Source: Fibrobacter succinogenes subsp. succinogenes S85 (lineage in GTDB: Bacteria > Fibrobacterota > Fibrobacteria > Fibrobacterales > Fibrobacteraceae). Taken from it: a stretch of 32,000 nucleotides of DNA. The notes beneath the pieces were generated by a model. It saw only the letters and a list, made by a program, of their open reading frames with translations, did no database searches and was not told where the DNA came from. Below are positions 1 through 8,809 of this stretch, in pieces. Position 1 is the stretch's first letter, and every line of letters begins with the position of its first letter. The translations under genes and the position numbers were made by a program. Location of the stretch: NCBI RefSeq assembly GCF_000146505.1, contig NC_017448.1, positions 1,320,001 to 1,352,000 on the forward strand, in the 5' to 3' direction.

Positions 1-273
1 GTTTACGGCAAGACTTCCATTTCCAAGAGCAAGCTCGCCGCCACATCCAAGTTTTCCATCAACGGAGACAAGATTACGCTCAACACAAAGGCTAAGGGCC
101 AAGTCAGCGTTGACGTGTTCGGCATGAACGGAAGAATCGTTGCCACGCTCTTTAACGGAATGCTTGGCGCAGGCAATTACGTGTTCAGCCTTGCTGATAT
201 GCCGAAGGGCCAGTACATCATCCGCATGAAGGGTGCCGGAATCACCACGACGCAGCCCGTAATTGTGAAGTAA
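1..273 (+). CDS. 3' end of a secreted protein (5'-partial). Only the C-terminal Por/T9SS-tail-like sorting domain is in the window.
   Basis: Frame 1 is open from base 1 to TAA at 271-273. The translation ends ...GQVSVDVFGMNGRIVATLFNGMLGAGNYVFSLADMPKGQYIIRMKGAGITTTQPVIVK. The GH26 and GH10 ORFs in this window end with the same tail type. A terminator follows. Confidence 0.7.
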   Translation, partial: VYGKTSISKSKLAATSKFSINGDKITLNTKAKGQVSVDVFGMNGRIVATLFNGMLGAGNYVFSLADMPKGQYIIRMKGAGITTTQPVIVK

Positions 274-298
274 AAAGACGATTTATAAAACGTTTCGA

Positions 299-328
299 GA
301 GTCCCGCGAAAACGGGACTCTTTTTTAT
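299..328 (+). terminator. Rho-independent terminator
   Basis: Perfect 8-bp stem gagtcccg (299-306) / cgggactc (313-320) with loop cgaaaa, followed by TTTTTTATTT. Confidence 0.8.
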
Positions 329-414
329 TTCGGGGGAAATTTTTGGACTATTGCAATGACGAAAATCCTTTGAATTTTGGGCGTAAGAATATAGATTTAG
401 GGGTGGAGATATGG

Positions 415-2205
415 ATGTTTATGAAACACTTTAACTACACAAATTTTGTCGCTACGGCAACTGTCGCAGCACTCGCAGGCACTGCTTTTGCCGCCACCCC
501 CATCCGTTTAGAAGCCGAAGACGCCGTCCTCGCCGATGACCACAAAGTCGTCGTTACCGAAGACGCAAAGGCTTCTGGCGGCAAGTACGTCCAGATGAAA
601 GAAGGCAACCTGGAATTCAAAGTGACTGTACCCGCCACGGGTTATTACACACTTTGGGCCACATACCAGTTGCCAACAGCTTCCGGAAACAAAATCCAGA
701 ACTTGACCGTCAACGATGTTTCTGCCGGGCAGATTTCTTTCGGCACATCTGATGATTTCAAGACCATCAAGGGCGCAGGCAAAATCAAGCTCACCACAGG
801 CGAAAACAAGATTGGTATCGTCCACAGTTGGGGCTGGGTCAACATTGACTACATTGAACTCACGGAATACGAAGCAAGCCCGTGGAGCCTCTCCCCGACT
901 CCGGTCACGCCAGAGCCGACCGAAAGCGCACAGAAACTCTACAACTTCTTGCTCAACAATTTCGGCAAGCACGTGATTAGCGGCGTCATGACGGAACGCC
1001 CGTTCGAAAACAACGGCCAGTACACCCCGCAAAACTACGAAACGCAAACCGAACTCAGCTACATCAACCAAGCAAGCGGCAAGAACGTGGTCCTCGTCGG
1101 TTTTGACTTTTTGCACGCATCGGGCAAGAATTCCGACCAGCAATGGTATCAAGGCTACACGCACGCTTCGCTCGAAATGGCAAAGACCGTTTGGAAAGCT
1201 GGCGGCATACCGCAATTCAACTGGCATTGGAAAGACCCGACGCTCGAAGTCGAAGCGTTCTACACCGAATCTAGTGGCAATACTCCTTTCGCAGAATTCA
1301 GCATCAACAAGGCTTATGACGAGGCCACCGGCAAGTGGAAAACAGATAGCGATGCCTACAAGGCAATTGTCCGCGATATGGAAATGATCGCCGACTCGCT
1401 TTTGACTTTGCAAAAAAAAGGCGTTGCCGTTCTTTGGCGCCCGCTCCACGAAGCAAGTGGTAAGTGGTTCTGGTGGGGCACCGATGGCGCCAAGCCGTGC
1501 GTTGCTTTGTACAAGCTCATGTTCGATATTTTCGTGAACCAGAAAGGTTTACACAACTTGATTTGGGTGTGGACCACCGACGAAGCAAGCGACGCTCTCG
1601 ACTGGTATCCAGGCGATGAATACGTGGACGTTGTGGGCCGCGACTACTATTACTATCCGCGTGAATCCAACCACTCTAGCCTTGTCGGCAGCTTTGAAAC
1701 AGTCAAGGAAATGTTCGGCGGCAGAAAGATTGTAACGCTCAGCGAAAACGGTTCCGTGCCCTACCCTGACGAAATGAAGGCTGATGGCGCCAACTGGAGC
1801 TGGTTTATGCCGTGGTATGGCGACTACGCGATGGAAGGTTGGGCAAACGACAACACCAAGGAAAGCTGGAAAATCGTGATGAACAACGAATACACCTTGA
1901 CGCTCGAAGACATGCCGGGCTGGGACAAGTACGAAATCGTCACGCCGCCGACAACGGGAATCAAGAATACTTTACGTTCGCAGAAGGGTATCGCAAGTTT
2001 GTCCGTCATCGGCAAGAATTTGCAAATTAACGTTCCGAGCGCCAACGCAAAAGTCGCGATTTTCGATATGCAGGGCAATCAGGTCATGAGCCGTGCTATC
2101 AATGGCGCAGCAAGCATTAACTTAAACGGAATCGCTGCCGGGCAATACCTTGTGAAAGTGCAAGGAAAAGGATTTACGCAGAACGGAAGGATTCTGGTAA
2201 AGTAA
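415..2205 (+). CDS. Secreted GH26 endo-beta-1,4-mannanase with an N-terminal CBM6/35-like module and a C-terminal T9SS-type sorting tail
   Basis: The ORF track gives 343..2205, but its TTG start is unlikely. The in-frame ATG at 415 (or 421) lies 6 nt after GGAG (405-408) and yields the signal peptide MFMKHFNYTNFVATATVAALAGTAFA. CBM-like segment: RLEAEDAVL...GGKYVQM...IDYIELTE. GH26 hallmarks: WRPLHEASGKWFWWG (acid/base Glu) and VTLSENG (nucleophile Glu). Tail: AKVAIFDMQGNQV...GQYLVKVQGKGFTQNGRILVK. Confidence 0.85.
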   Translation: MFMKHFNYTNFVATATVAALAGTAFAATPIRLEAEDAVLADDHKVVVTEDAKASGGKYVQMKEGNLEFKVTVPATGYYTLWATYQLPTASGNKIQNLTVNDVSAGQISFGTSDDFKTIKGAGKIKLTTGENKIGIVHSWGWVNIDYIELTEYEASPWSLSPTPVTPEPTESAQKLYNFLLNNFGKHVISGVMTERPFENNGQYTPQNYETQTELSYINQASGKNVVLVGFDFLHASGKNSDQQWYQGYTHASLEMAKTVWKAGGIPQFNWHWKDPTLEVEAFYTESSGNTPFAEFSINKAYDEATGKWKTDSDAYKAIVRDMEMIADSLLTLQKKGVAVLWRPLHEASGKWFWWGTDGAKPCVALYKLMFDIFVNQKGLHNLIWVWTTDEASDALDWYPGDEYVDVVGRDYYYYPRESNHSSLVGSFETVKEMFGGRKIVTLSENGSVPYPDEMKADGANWSWFMPWYGDYAMEGWANDNTKESWKIVMNNEYTLTLEDMPGWDKYEIVTPPTTGIKNTLRSQKGIASLSVIGKNLQINVPSANAKVAIFDMQGNQVMSRAINGAASINLNGIAAGQYLVKVQGKGFTQNGRILVK

Positions 2206-2217
2206 TTGAGAATGTTG

Positions 2218-2320
2218 ATTCCCGCCTCCGCGGGAATGACAGTGTAAATACAAGAAACAATGGATTCCCTACGCTTCGCTTCGAGGATGACAGGCTTCGA
2301 GGATGACGTAGGGATGACAA
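2218..2320 (+). repeat. Cluster of short interspersed intergenic motifs: a hairpin plus four RGRATGAC units
   Basis: Hairpin attcccgc (2218-2225) / gcgggaat (2230-2237), loop ctcc, no T-tract. ggaatgac at 2233-2240. acgcttcgct at 2271-2280. The 14-mer gcttcgaggatgac occurs twice (2278-2291 and 2294-2307). gggatgac at 2311-2318. Related copies are at 11117-11138, 15729-15762 and 21705-21728. Confidence 0.6.
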
Positions 2321-2329
2321 TGCAAAAAA

Positions 2330-4231
2330 ATGGAGTGTATGATTATGGGATGTAAATTATTCGCGGGCGCATGCTCCGCAATGGCTTTTGCCACAGCAAT
2401 CGCGGCTACATCAGCTTATGCCGCACCGACAACTTACGAAGCCGAAGATTTGAGCGGCGCAACTGTTGCCGAAGGCGCAGACTTCTCCGGAGGCAAATAC
2501 GCTAAGCCCGCCGACGCTAGCGGCATTACGTTTACGGTCAAAGTCGAAGAGACCGCCGTTTACGATATTACCACAAAAGTTCTCATCAAGCAATACGACT
2601 GGATAACCTCTAAAATCACGGTCAACGGTGTCGATGTCGGCTCCATGCTCACGACTCCGCGCAATTGCGATTCTAGCTATGTCGTATCCGCATCGGCAAA
2701 GATGAAGGTTGGTGAAAATAAGATTACGGTCGGAAACCAAGCCATCGGCGTGGACTACATCACCGTTGAACGCCACCCCGATCCGGAATACAAAATCGGT
2801 ACCGCACCTGTCACGCCCAACGCTTCGGAATCTGCACGCAAGGTATTCTCGTTCTTGCGCGAAAACTTTACGAAAGCAACGCTTAGCGGCATGATGATTA
2901 GCGACCAGAATTTCAACTACGATTACGGCAACATGCGACTCATTCCGCCAGGAGGCTGCACGCCCGCCGATTCCTGCAAGTACACCGACGCCGAAGTCTC
3001 GTGGAAAGGTCAGACGGATATTGCCGAATTCTACAAGCGCTCTGGGCACTACCCCGCCATAGGCGGTTTCGACATGCTCTTTGCCGCCGGCGGACATTCC
3101 GACGAAGGCTGGTTCAGGGGCTATTCCGAAAACAACCTCCTGATGGCAGAAGAACTCTGGAAGTTGGGCGGCATCCCGACATTCACATGGCATTGGAAAG
3201 TCGGCGAAGACACGGTGTTCTACACCAAAGATACCTATCCCATGAACGGCTACCGCAGCAGCGGATGCGCCAATGGAGCAAAGGGTTCTAGCGAAAGCAA
3301 CACGTGCTTCAATTACACTAAGGCTTTCAAGGATTCCACCTGCAAAGAAATCAACGAAGCCTCTCAAGAATACAAGGACATCGTAAACGACATCGATAAA
3401 GTATCTGCACTGTTCAAGCAATTGCAGGAAAAAGACATTGCCGTCATCTGGCGCCCGCTTCACGAAGCCAGCGGTGGCTGGTTCTGGTGGGGTGTGGGCA
3501 GTGGAGACTGTTACAAACAACTTTATCGTCTCGTCTTTGACCGCATGGTAAAAACAAACGGTCTCAACAACTTGATTTGGGTATGGAACATCAATACGGA
3601 CCCGCAATTTGGTTACGATTACTCCGCCCTCAATGCAAGCTGGTACCCCGGCGATGAATACGTGGACATCGTCGCGGTTGATATTTACGACCCGCTCAAC
3701 GACCACAATTCCGGTGCAAACTACTACAACAAAATCGTGAGCGATGTCGGTACGAACAAGATGATTGCCTTGAGCGAAAACGGCGCCATCCCAGACATCG
3801 ATAGCATTGCCGAAGACAAGGCCAATTGGAGCTATTGGATGACATGGAGCCAGACCTGGAGCGGAAACTTCTTGGAAAAGACGACCACGGAAATGTGGAA
3901 GAAGAATCTTGACGACAAGCGCATCATCGCACTTGAAGACATGCCTGGTTGGGACAAAGTCACCGTCAGCAATCCTATAGCAAAGCGCATTGCAACAAAC
4001 AACGTAAATATTGTCATCAACGGCAAAAAACTTTCGCTTTCTACGAACCAAAACGGACGCGCCACAGTTACCGTTTTTGACCTGACAGGACACCGCGTTG
4101 CAACACTCTTGCAAGGCAACATTTCGGCCGGAACACATAGCTTAAACCTCCAATCGCTCGCCGCCGGCAACTACATTGTCAAGGCTAGTGTCGGACATCA
4201 CAATACCATGCAGGTTTTACGCTTAAAATAG
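2330..4231 (+). CDS. Second secreted GH26 mannanase (CBM6/35-like + GH26 + T9SS-type tail), a tandem paralogue of 415..2205
   Basis: Signal peptide ...AMAFATAIAATSAYA. CBM-like TYEAEDLSGATVAEGADFSGGKYAKP...VDYITVER. GH26 motifs WRPLHEASGGWFWWG and IALSENG. Tail ATVTVFDLTGHRVATLL...GNYIVKASVGHHNTMQVLRLK. The start could instead be the ATG at 2339 or 2345. Confidence 0.85.
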   Translation: MECMIMGCKLFAGACSAMAFATAIAATSAYAAPTTYEAEDLSGATVAEGADFSGGKYAKPADASGITFTVKVEETAVYDITTKVLIKQYDWITSKITVNGVDVGSMLTTPRNCDSSYVVSASAKMKVGENKITVGNQAIGVDYITVERHPDPEYKIGTAPVTPNASESARKVFSFLRENFTKATLSGMMISDQNFNYDYGNMRLIPPGGCTPADSCKYTDAEVSWKGQTDIAEFYKRSGHYPAIGGFDMLFAAGGHSDEGWFRGYSENNLLMAEELWKLGGIPTFTWHWKVGEDTVFYTKDTYPMNGYRSSGCANGAKGSSESNTCFNYTKAFKDSTCKEINEASQEYKDIVNDIDKVSALFKQLQEKDIAVIWRPLHEASGGWFWWGVGSGDCYKQLYRLVFDRMVKTNGLNNLIWVWNINTDPQFGYDYSALNASWYPGDEYVDIVAVDIYDPLNDHNSGANYYNKIVSDVGTNKMIALSENGAIPDIDSIAEDKANWSYWMTWSQTWSGNFLEKTTTEMWKKNLDDKRIIALEDMPGWDKVTVSNPIAKRIATNNVNIVINGKKLSLSTNQNGRATVTVFDLTGHRVATLLQGNISAGTHSLNLQSLAAGNYIVKASVGHHNTMQVLRLK

Positions 4232-4257
4232 TGCGCGTCGCAACATGTATTTTAAAA

Positions 4258-4287
4258 AAAAGGTTCACTTTTGAACCTTTTTTCTAT
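4258..4287 (+). terminator. Rho-independent terminator
   Basis: Stem aaaaggttca (4258-4267) / tgaacctttt (4272-4281), loop cttt, then a T-run. Confidence 0.8.
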
Positions 4288-4296
4288 TTTTAAACC

Positions 4297-6717
4297 ATGA
4301 CCGAAAAGAACCCCCTTTACTTTACCATTCACGGACATTTTTATCAGCCCCCTCGCGAAAACCCTTGGACTGGTGTTATTGAGAACCAGCCGAGCGCACG
4401 TCCGTTCCACGACTGGAACGAACGCATTGCAAGCGAGTGCTATAGCCCGAACTCCGCAAGCCGTATTTTAAATTCTAAAGGCAAAATTGTCAACATCGTA
4501 AACAACTACGATTTCATGAGCTTCAACATCAGCCCGACTCTCATGGGCTGGATCCGTACCAATACGCCCGACACCTACAAGCGCATTCAGGACGCCGACA
4601 AGCGCAGCCAGGAACGCATGAACGGTCACGGCAACGCGATTGCTCAAGTTTACAACCACATCATCATGCCGCTCGCAAGCACGCAAGACAAGCGTACGCA
4701 AATCCGCTGGGGCATTGAAGATTTTAAGTTCCATTTCGGTCGCATGCCCGAAGCCATGTGGCTTGCCGAAACCGCCATCAACTTTGAAACCGTTGTTGAG
4801 CTCATCAAGGCTGGCATCAAGTACACGATTCTCTCGCCCACGCAGGCAGACAAGTTCCGCAAGTTTGGCGACAAGAAGTGGACCGATTGCAGCAACACGA
4901 ATATCGATACCACGCGACCATACCGCATTTACCCGCGCGACAAGGAAGGCAACCTCGTCTGTGACGGTTACCTCGACGTGTTCTTCTACAACCCGTGGCT
5001 TTCGAGCGCCGTCGGATTTGAACATTTGCTCCGCGATGCAGGCACTTTCGGCCACCGCATTGAAAGCGCCTGGGACGCAAACCGCAACGATCCGCAGCTC
5101 GTAAGCATCGGTACTGACGGCGAATCCTACGGCCACCATGAACCGTTTGGCGACATGTGCGCCGCATGGCTCTACAACAAGTTCGCCCCGCAGAACAACA
5201 TGGTTCCGGTGAACTACGGCTGGTTCCTCGAAAAGTTCCCGCCCAAGCACGAAGTCGAACTCAAGAACTTCTACGGTGAAGGCTGTGCCTGGAGCTGCGC
5301 TCACGGCGTAGGCCGCTGGTACAGAGACTGCGGTTGCTCCACCGGCGGTGGCGCCGACTGGAACCAGAAATGGAGAGGCCCGCTCCGCGATGCCTTCAAC
5401 CATCTCAAGGAAGTCGCCGACAACATTTTCGTTCGCGAATTCGAAAAGATTTCAAAGATTGATCCGTGGGAAGCTCGCAACAACTACATCCAGGTGATTG
5501 TCGCGCCCGAAGACGAATCCCGCAAGGAACAGTACCTCAAGGATACGCTCAAGGACTACGAAAAGCAAGAAGATCGCGCCAAGGCCATCCGACTTCTCGA
5601 AATCCAGAAGTTCTGCCTGTTCAGCTTCACCAGTTGCGGCTGGTTCTTCAACGATATCGAAGGTCTGGAACCGGTGCAGAACATGCGTTACGCACTCCGC
5701 GCGATGCAGCTTTTAAAGCCGTTCCTCCCGATGGGCGACAATCTCAAGAGCGAAATTCTGTACATTCTCGCTCGCGCCACGAGTAACGAACACAAGTGGA
5801 ACGGCGCCGAAGTCTTCACGAAGTACGCCGAAGAAAACGTCCCGTCCGTCATCAAGCAGATGGCAGAACGTGCCGCAATTTACCACCTCGAACTTGAAGA
5901 AGACTACCTCAACAAGGATTCCCGCATCACCGCCACAAAGATAGCGTCCCGCCGTCGCCAAACGCTTGTGCGCACGTCTTATGAAGACAACGATCTCGGA
6001 GAATCTTGCGTGACCACGAACTTGGTCGTCACGGACCAGCTCAGCCGCGTAAACATCGTCGTTGCCATGGGCGAAGAAAAGGAAAGCGGTCTCACGTTTG
6101 TTGAAAATACGAACATGACGACGGAACAGCTCCACGAGCTCTACCCGACAGCATACGTTGTCCGCATGAGCAATCTCGCGAGCGATTCTTTGAAACGCAT
6201 CAACCAGCTTTCGACGCAGATGCACCTTGAGAACATCACGAAGTCGTTCTCCGGCTTTGCGCTGAACCACGGCATTTCCATCGACAGCCTTGCCGACCCG
6301 GACCACACCTTGCCGGACACCATGAGGAAGATTCTCACGGTGGAAATCAACGCACGCATTCACCATGCCGCTTTGCAGTTGCTAAACGAGCACAACAAGG
6401 CGAACATTGAAGAAATTCACGAGCTCATCACCGAAGCGACCGCGCTCAACACGCACTTTAGCTTTGGCGGGCTTGGTCACATGTTCTTCCATAAGCTTAC
6501 GCTCCTCATCGACGAAGTAGCAAAGAAGTTCAACGAAGAAACGCTCAACTACATCACCGACCTCATCACAGTCGCCGATTGGCTGAAGATTTTCATCAAC
6601 AAGACTTCTCTCGAAAACCACGTCTTTGGCATCTACAAGCAATACAAGGCAGAACCTGACGGAAAGTTTGCGGCCCTCAAGCCGATGTTCCAATGGTTGA
6701 ACTTTGAGGTGGTTTAA
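4297..6717 (+). CDS. GH57-family glycoside hydrolase (alpha-glucan-active) with a long C-terminal extension
   Basis: GH57 conserved regions are recognisable: HGHFYQPPRENPW (region I), MWLAETAIN (region III, nucleophile Glu) and GTDGESYGHHEPFGD (region IV, Asp). There is no signal peptide. The 806-aa length fits the GH57 + C-terminal-domain architecture as I recall it. Confidence 0.8.
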   Translation: MTEKNPLYFTIHGHFYQPPRENPWTGVIENQPSARPFHDWNERIASECYSPNSASRILNSKGKIVNIVNNYDFMSFNISPTLMGWIRTNTPDTYKRIQDADKRSQERMNGHGNAIAQVYNHIIMPLASTQDKRTQIRWGIEDFKFHFGRMPEAMWLAETAINFETVVELIKAGIKYTILSPTQADKFRKFGDKKWTDCSNTNIDTTRPYRIYPRDKEGNLVCDGYLDVFFYNPWLSSAVGFEHLLRDAGTFGHRIESAWDANRNDPQLVSIGTDGESYGHHEPFGDMCAAWLYNKFAPQNNMVPVNYGWFLEKFPPKHEVELKNFYGEGCAWSCAHGVGRWYRDCGCSTGGGADWNQKWRGPLRDAFNHLKEVADNIFVREFEKISKIDPWEARNNYIQVIVAPEDESRKEQYLKDTLKDYEKQEDRAKAIRLLEIQKFCLFSFTSCGWFFNDIEGLEPVQNMRYALRAMQLLKPFLPMGDNLKSEILYILARATSNEHKWNGAEVFTKYAEENVPSVIKQMAERAAIYHLELEEDYLNKDSRITATKIASRRRQTLVRTSYEDNDLGESCVTTNLVVTDQLSRVNIVVAMGEEKESGLTFVENTNMTTEQLHELYPTAYVVRMSNLASDSLKRINQLSTQMHLENITKSFSGFALNHGISIDSLADPDHTLPDTMRKILTVEINARIHHAALQLLNEHNKANIEEIHELITEATALNTHFSFGGLGHMFFHKLTLLIDEVAKKFNEETLNYITDLITVADWLKIFINKTSLENHVFGIYKQYKAEPDGKFAALKPMFQWLNFEVV

Positions 6718-7238
6718 TGTACAAGCTGCCAAGCGCTCCACTCATTACAGCGCAAGAGATAAATGCGCGTCTGGACACACTCGCCTCTGAACTGAAGGCG
6801 TTTGATTTTGACGTAATTTTATCTGCACTCACTGGCAGCTACATGTTTACCGCCGACTTGTCCCGCCGTATCGCGACTCCGAAATTGCGCATTGCATTTA
6901 TCAAGGCGTCAAGCTACGGCGAATCCGACCAGCCGAACGCAACTGTCCATATTTCGGGCCTCGAAGGTCTTGACATCAAGGGCAAGCGCGTTCTGTTGAT
7001 TGATGACATTCTAGACACTGGCAACACGATGTATTCCCTCGTGAAAGCCATCGCGGATTACTCCCCCGCCTCCATCACGACTTGCGTACTGCTGAACAAG
7101 GAATCAAGACGAACGGTGAATTACCATGCCGACTTCGTTGGTTTTGAAATTGAAGATAAATTTGTGGTAGGTTACGGTCTCGACTATGCAAATACGTACC
7201 GCACCTATCCAGAAGTATGGGCTCTTGAAGAAGCATGA
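6717..7238 (+). CDS. hpt: Hypoxanthine(-guanine) phosphoribosyltransferase
   Basis: PRPP-binding motif RVLLIDDILDTGNTM, FVVGYGLDY near the C-terminus, 173 aa. The start overlaps the GH57 stop (TAATG). Confidence 0.9.
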   Translation: MYKLPSAPLITAQEINARLDTLASELKAFDFDVILSALTGSYMFTADLSRRIATPKLRIAFIKASSYGESDQPNATVHISGLEGLDIKGKRVLLIDDILDTGNTMYSLVKAIADYSPASITTCVLLNKESRRTVNYHADFVGFEIEDKFVVGYGLDYANTYRTYPEVWALEEA

Positions 7239-7756
7239 TTAACAACAACACAAACAACAACGATAATGATGATTTAAACGAAGTCAAGAAACATGCAACA
7301 ATGACATTTGCAGCCATTGAGCGCAGTTTCCACAGAATGGCATACCGCAAGCGAAATGCCATTCGCATCATCGTCTGTTTACTTTTCTTTTTCTTAGGCT
7401 ATCAGGCCAACAACTGGTTTAGCAGCAAGATTCCGACCGAAAAAATCATCGAAAAAATTGCAGCACAGCCGGACCTTCCGAATAAGTGCAAATTTCGCTA
7501 TGACCGTTCCATGGAATACGCCATCATGCACGAATGCGTTTTCTCTCACGATACGCCGACAGACGACGTGAAGCTAATCCAGCGCATCAACTACTGCTCT
7601 TGCGCCTTGGAACGCGTACAAAAAAAGAAGCCCTTCCAGAAGATGTTTGAAAACAACCTGGAGGACTTCACATTCAAGATTCGCGAAGAGATCCTGTGCA
7701 AGGACGAAAAGATTCCGCAAGCGCTCGAAATGGAATCCGAAACGCCCGCAAAATAA
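7235..7756 (+). CDS. Hypothetical single-pass membrane protein with a Cys-containing extracytoplasmic domain
   Basis: ATGA overlap with the hpt stop. One hydrophobic segment (IRIIVCLLFFFLGY). Six Cys downstream. The N-terminal Asn/Asp low-complexity stretch may not be translated if the true start is Met23 (7301). I recognise no family. Confidence 0.5.
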   Translation: MINNNTNNNDNDDLNEVKKHATMTFAAIERSFHRMAYRKRNAIRIIVCLLFFFLGYQANNWFSSKIPTEKIIEKIAAQPDLPNKCKFRYDRSMEYAIMHECVFSHDTPTDDVKLIQRINYCSCALERVQKKKPFQKMFENNLEDFTFKIREEILCKDEKIPQALEMESETPAK

Positions 7757-7760
7757 CACC

Positions 7761-8807
7761 TTACAATATCAGCATTCCGTCGCCGTAGCTGAACAATTTA
7801 AGTTTGTTCTCTACGGCCATTTTGTATGCGTCAAGCGTATTTTCGCGACCATAGAATGCCGACACGAGCAAGATAAGAGAGCTCTTTGGCCAATGGAAAT
7901 TGGTTAAGAGACCGTCCACGATCTTGTACTTGTATCCCGGATAGAAGAACGCATAGGTCACGCCCTTTTGCGGTTTCAAGAATCCGTTGGCATCAGCGAC
8001 TGTTTCAATCACGCGCGTACTTGTCGTTCCGACAGTCACAATGCGGCCGCCTTCGCGTTTCGCCTTGTTGATGATATCGGCATTTTCCTTGGTGAGCTCG
8101 TAATGTTCGCCATGCATTTTATGCTGCGTGAAATCTTCGACGGAAATGTTCTGGAACGTTCCTGGCCCCACATGGAGCGTGACTTCAGCGACATAAACGC
8201 CCTTCGCCTTCAAGTCTTCGAGCATTTGTTCGCTAAAGTGGAGGCTTGCGGTCGGTGCGGCCACAGCGCCAGCGTACTTTGCAAAAATTGTCTGGTACGC
8301 CTTTTTGTCGTCTTCGTCATCGGGGCGGTCAATGTAAGGCGGCAGCGGAACGTGTCCTTCCTTGTTCATGACTTCTTCCATTTCAGCAGGAGTCTTTTCG
8401 AAACGAAGAACGCGGTTTCCGTCTTCTTCATGAACTTCTTCCACGAACGTGCGCACACCTGCAAGCTTGAGTTCACGCCCGACCTGGAAAGCCTTGCCCG
8501 GATGCACCTTGGCTTCAAAGCGCGCCTCGCCCGCTTCGGACGGATTGAGCGCCTGCACCAAGAGGACTTCAACCTGGCCACCAAATTGCGTTTCGCCATA
8601 CAGACGAGCAGGAATCACCTTCGTATTGTTCACCACGAGGCAATCGCCCGGACGGAACAAGTCTACAATTTCGGGCGCCTTCATGATGCGGCGTTCGCCG
8701 CCATTCTTCGGGCAGTATAAAATATGCGTTTTGCCCTTGCCCGCCGTGCGGGAGGCAATCAATTCTTTCGGGAATTCAAAGTTGTAATCAGAAAGATGGT
8801 AATCCAT
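7761..8807 (-). CDS. queA: S-adenosylmethionine:tRNA ribosyltransferase-isomerase
   Basis: 348 aa. N-terminus LSDYNFEFPKELIA and C-terminus LFSYGDGMLI are typical of QueA. Confidence 0.9.
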   Translation of the reverse strand: MDYHLSDYNFEFPKELIASRTAGKGKTHILYCPKNGGERRIMKAPEIVDLFRPGDCLVVNNTKVIPARLYGETQFGGQVEVLLVQALNPSEAGEARFEAKVHPGKAFQVGRELKLAGVRTFVEEVHEEDGNRVLRFEKTPAEMEEVMNKEGHVPLPPYIDRPDDEDDKKAYQTIFAKYAGAVAAPTASLHFSEQMLEDLKAKGVYVAEVTLHVGPGTFQNISVEDFTQHKMHGEHYELTKENADIINKAKREGGRIVTVGTTSTRVIETVADANGFLKPQKGVTYAFFYPGYKYKIVDGLLTNFHWPKSSLILLVSAFYGRENTLDAYKMAVENKLKLFSYGDGMLIL

Positions 8808-8809
8808 TA

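Noticed and set aside
343-414. TTG-initiated 5' extension of the first GH26 ORF (MDYCNDENPLNFGRKNIDLGVEIW)
   Set aside because: The extension sits just downstream of the upstream terminator and lacks an RBS. The ATG at 415 has GGAG 6 nt upstream and begins a normal signal peptide.
2411-4138. 575-aa ORF on the - strand, and similar antisense ORFs at 508..1449, 4468..5403, 5713..6366, 7968..8720, 11320..12762, 15823..16611, 18533..19399, 19489..20238, 20275..21123, 25283..26965, 27050..27673 and 28945..30063
   Set aside because: Each lies opposite a gene with clear family motifs (GH26, GH57, queA, gltX, MlaE/F, dnaB, rpsA, cmk, TraB). Their translations are low-complexity, Arg/Val/Phe-rich and motif-free. 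They are best explained by sense-strand codon bias.
7235-7300. AAC/GAT-rich tract (aacaacaacacaaacaacaacgataatgatgat) at the 5' end of the hypothetical gene as a microsatellite switch
   Set aside because: The tract is imperfect, with interrupted units, and is a multiple of 3. It may lie upstream of the real start (Met23). There is no evidence for variability from one sequence.
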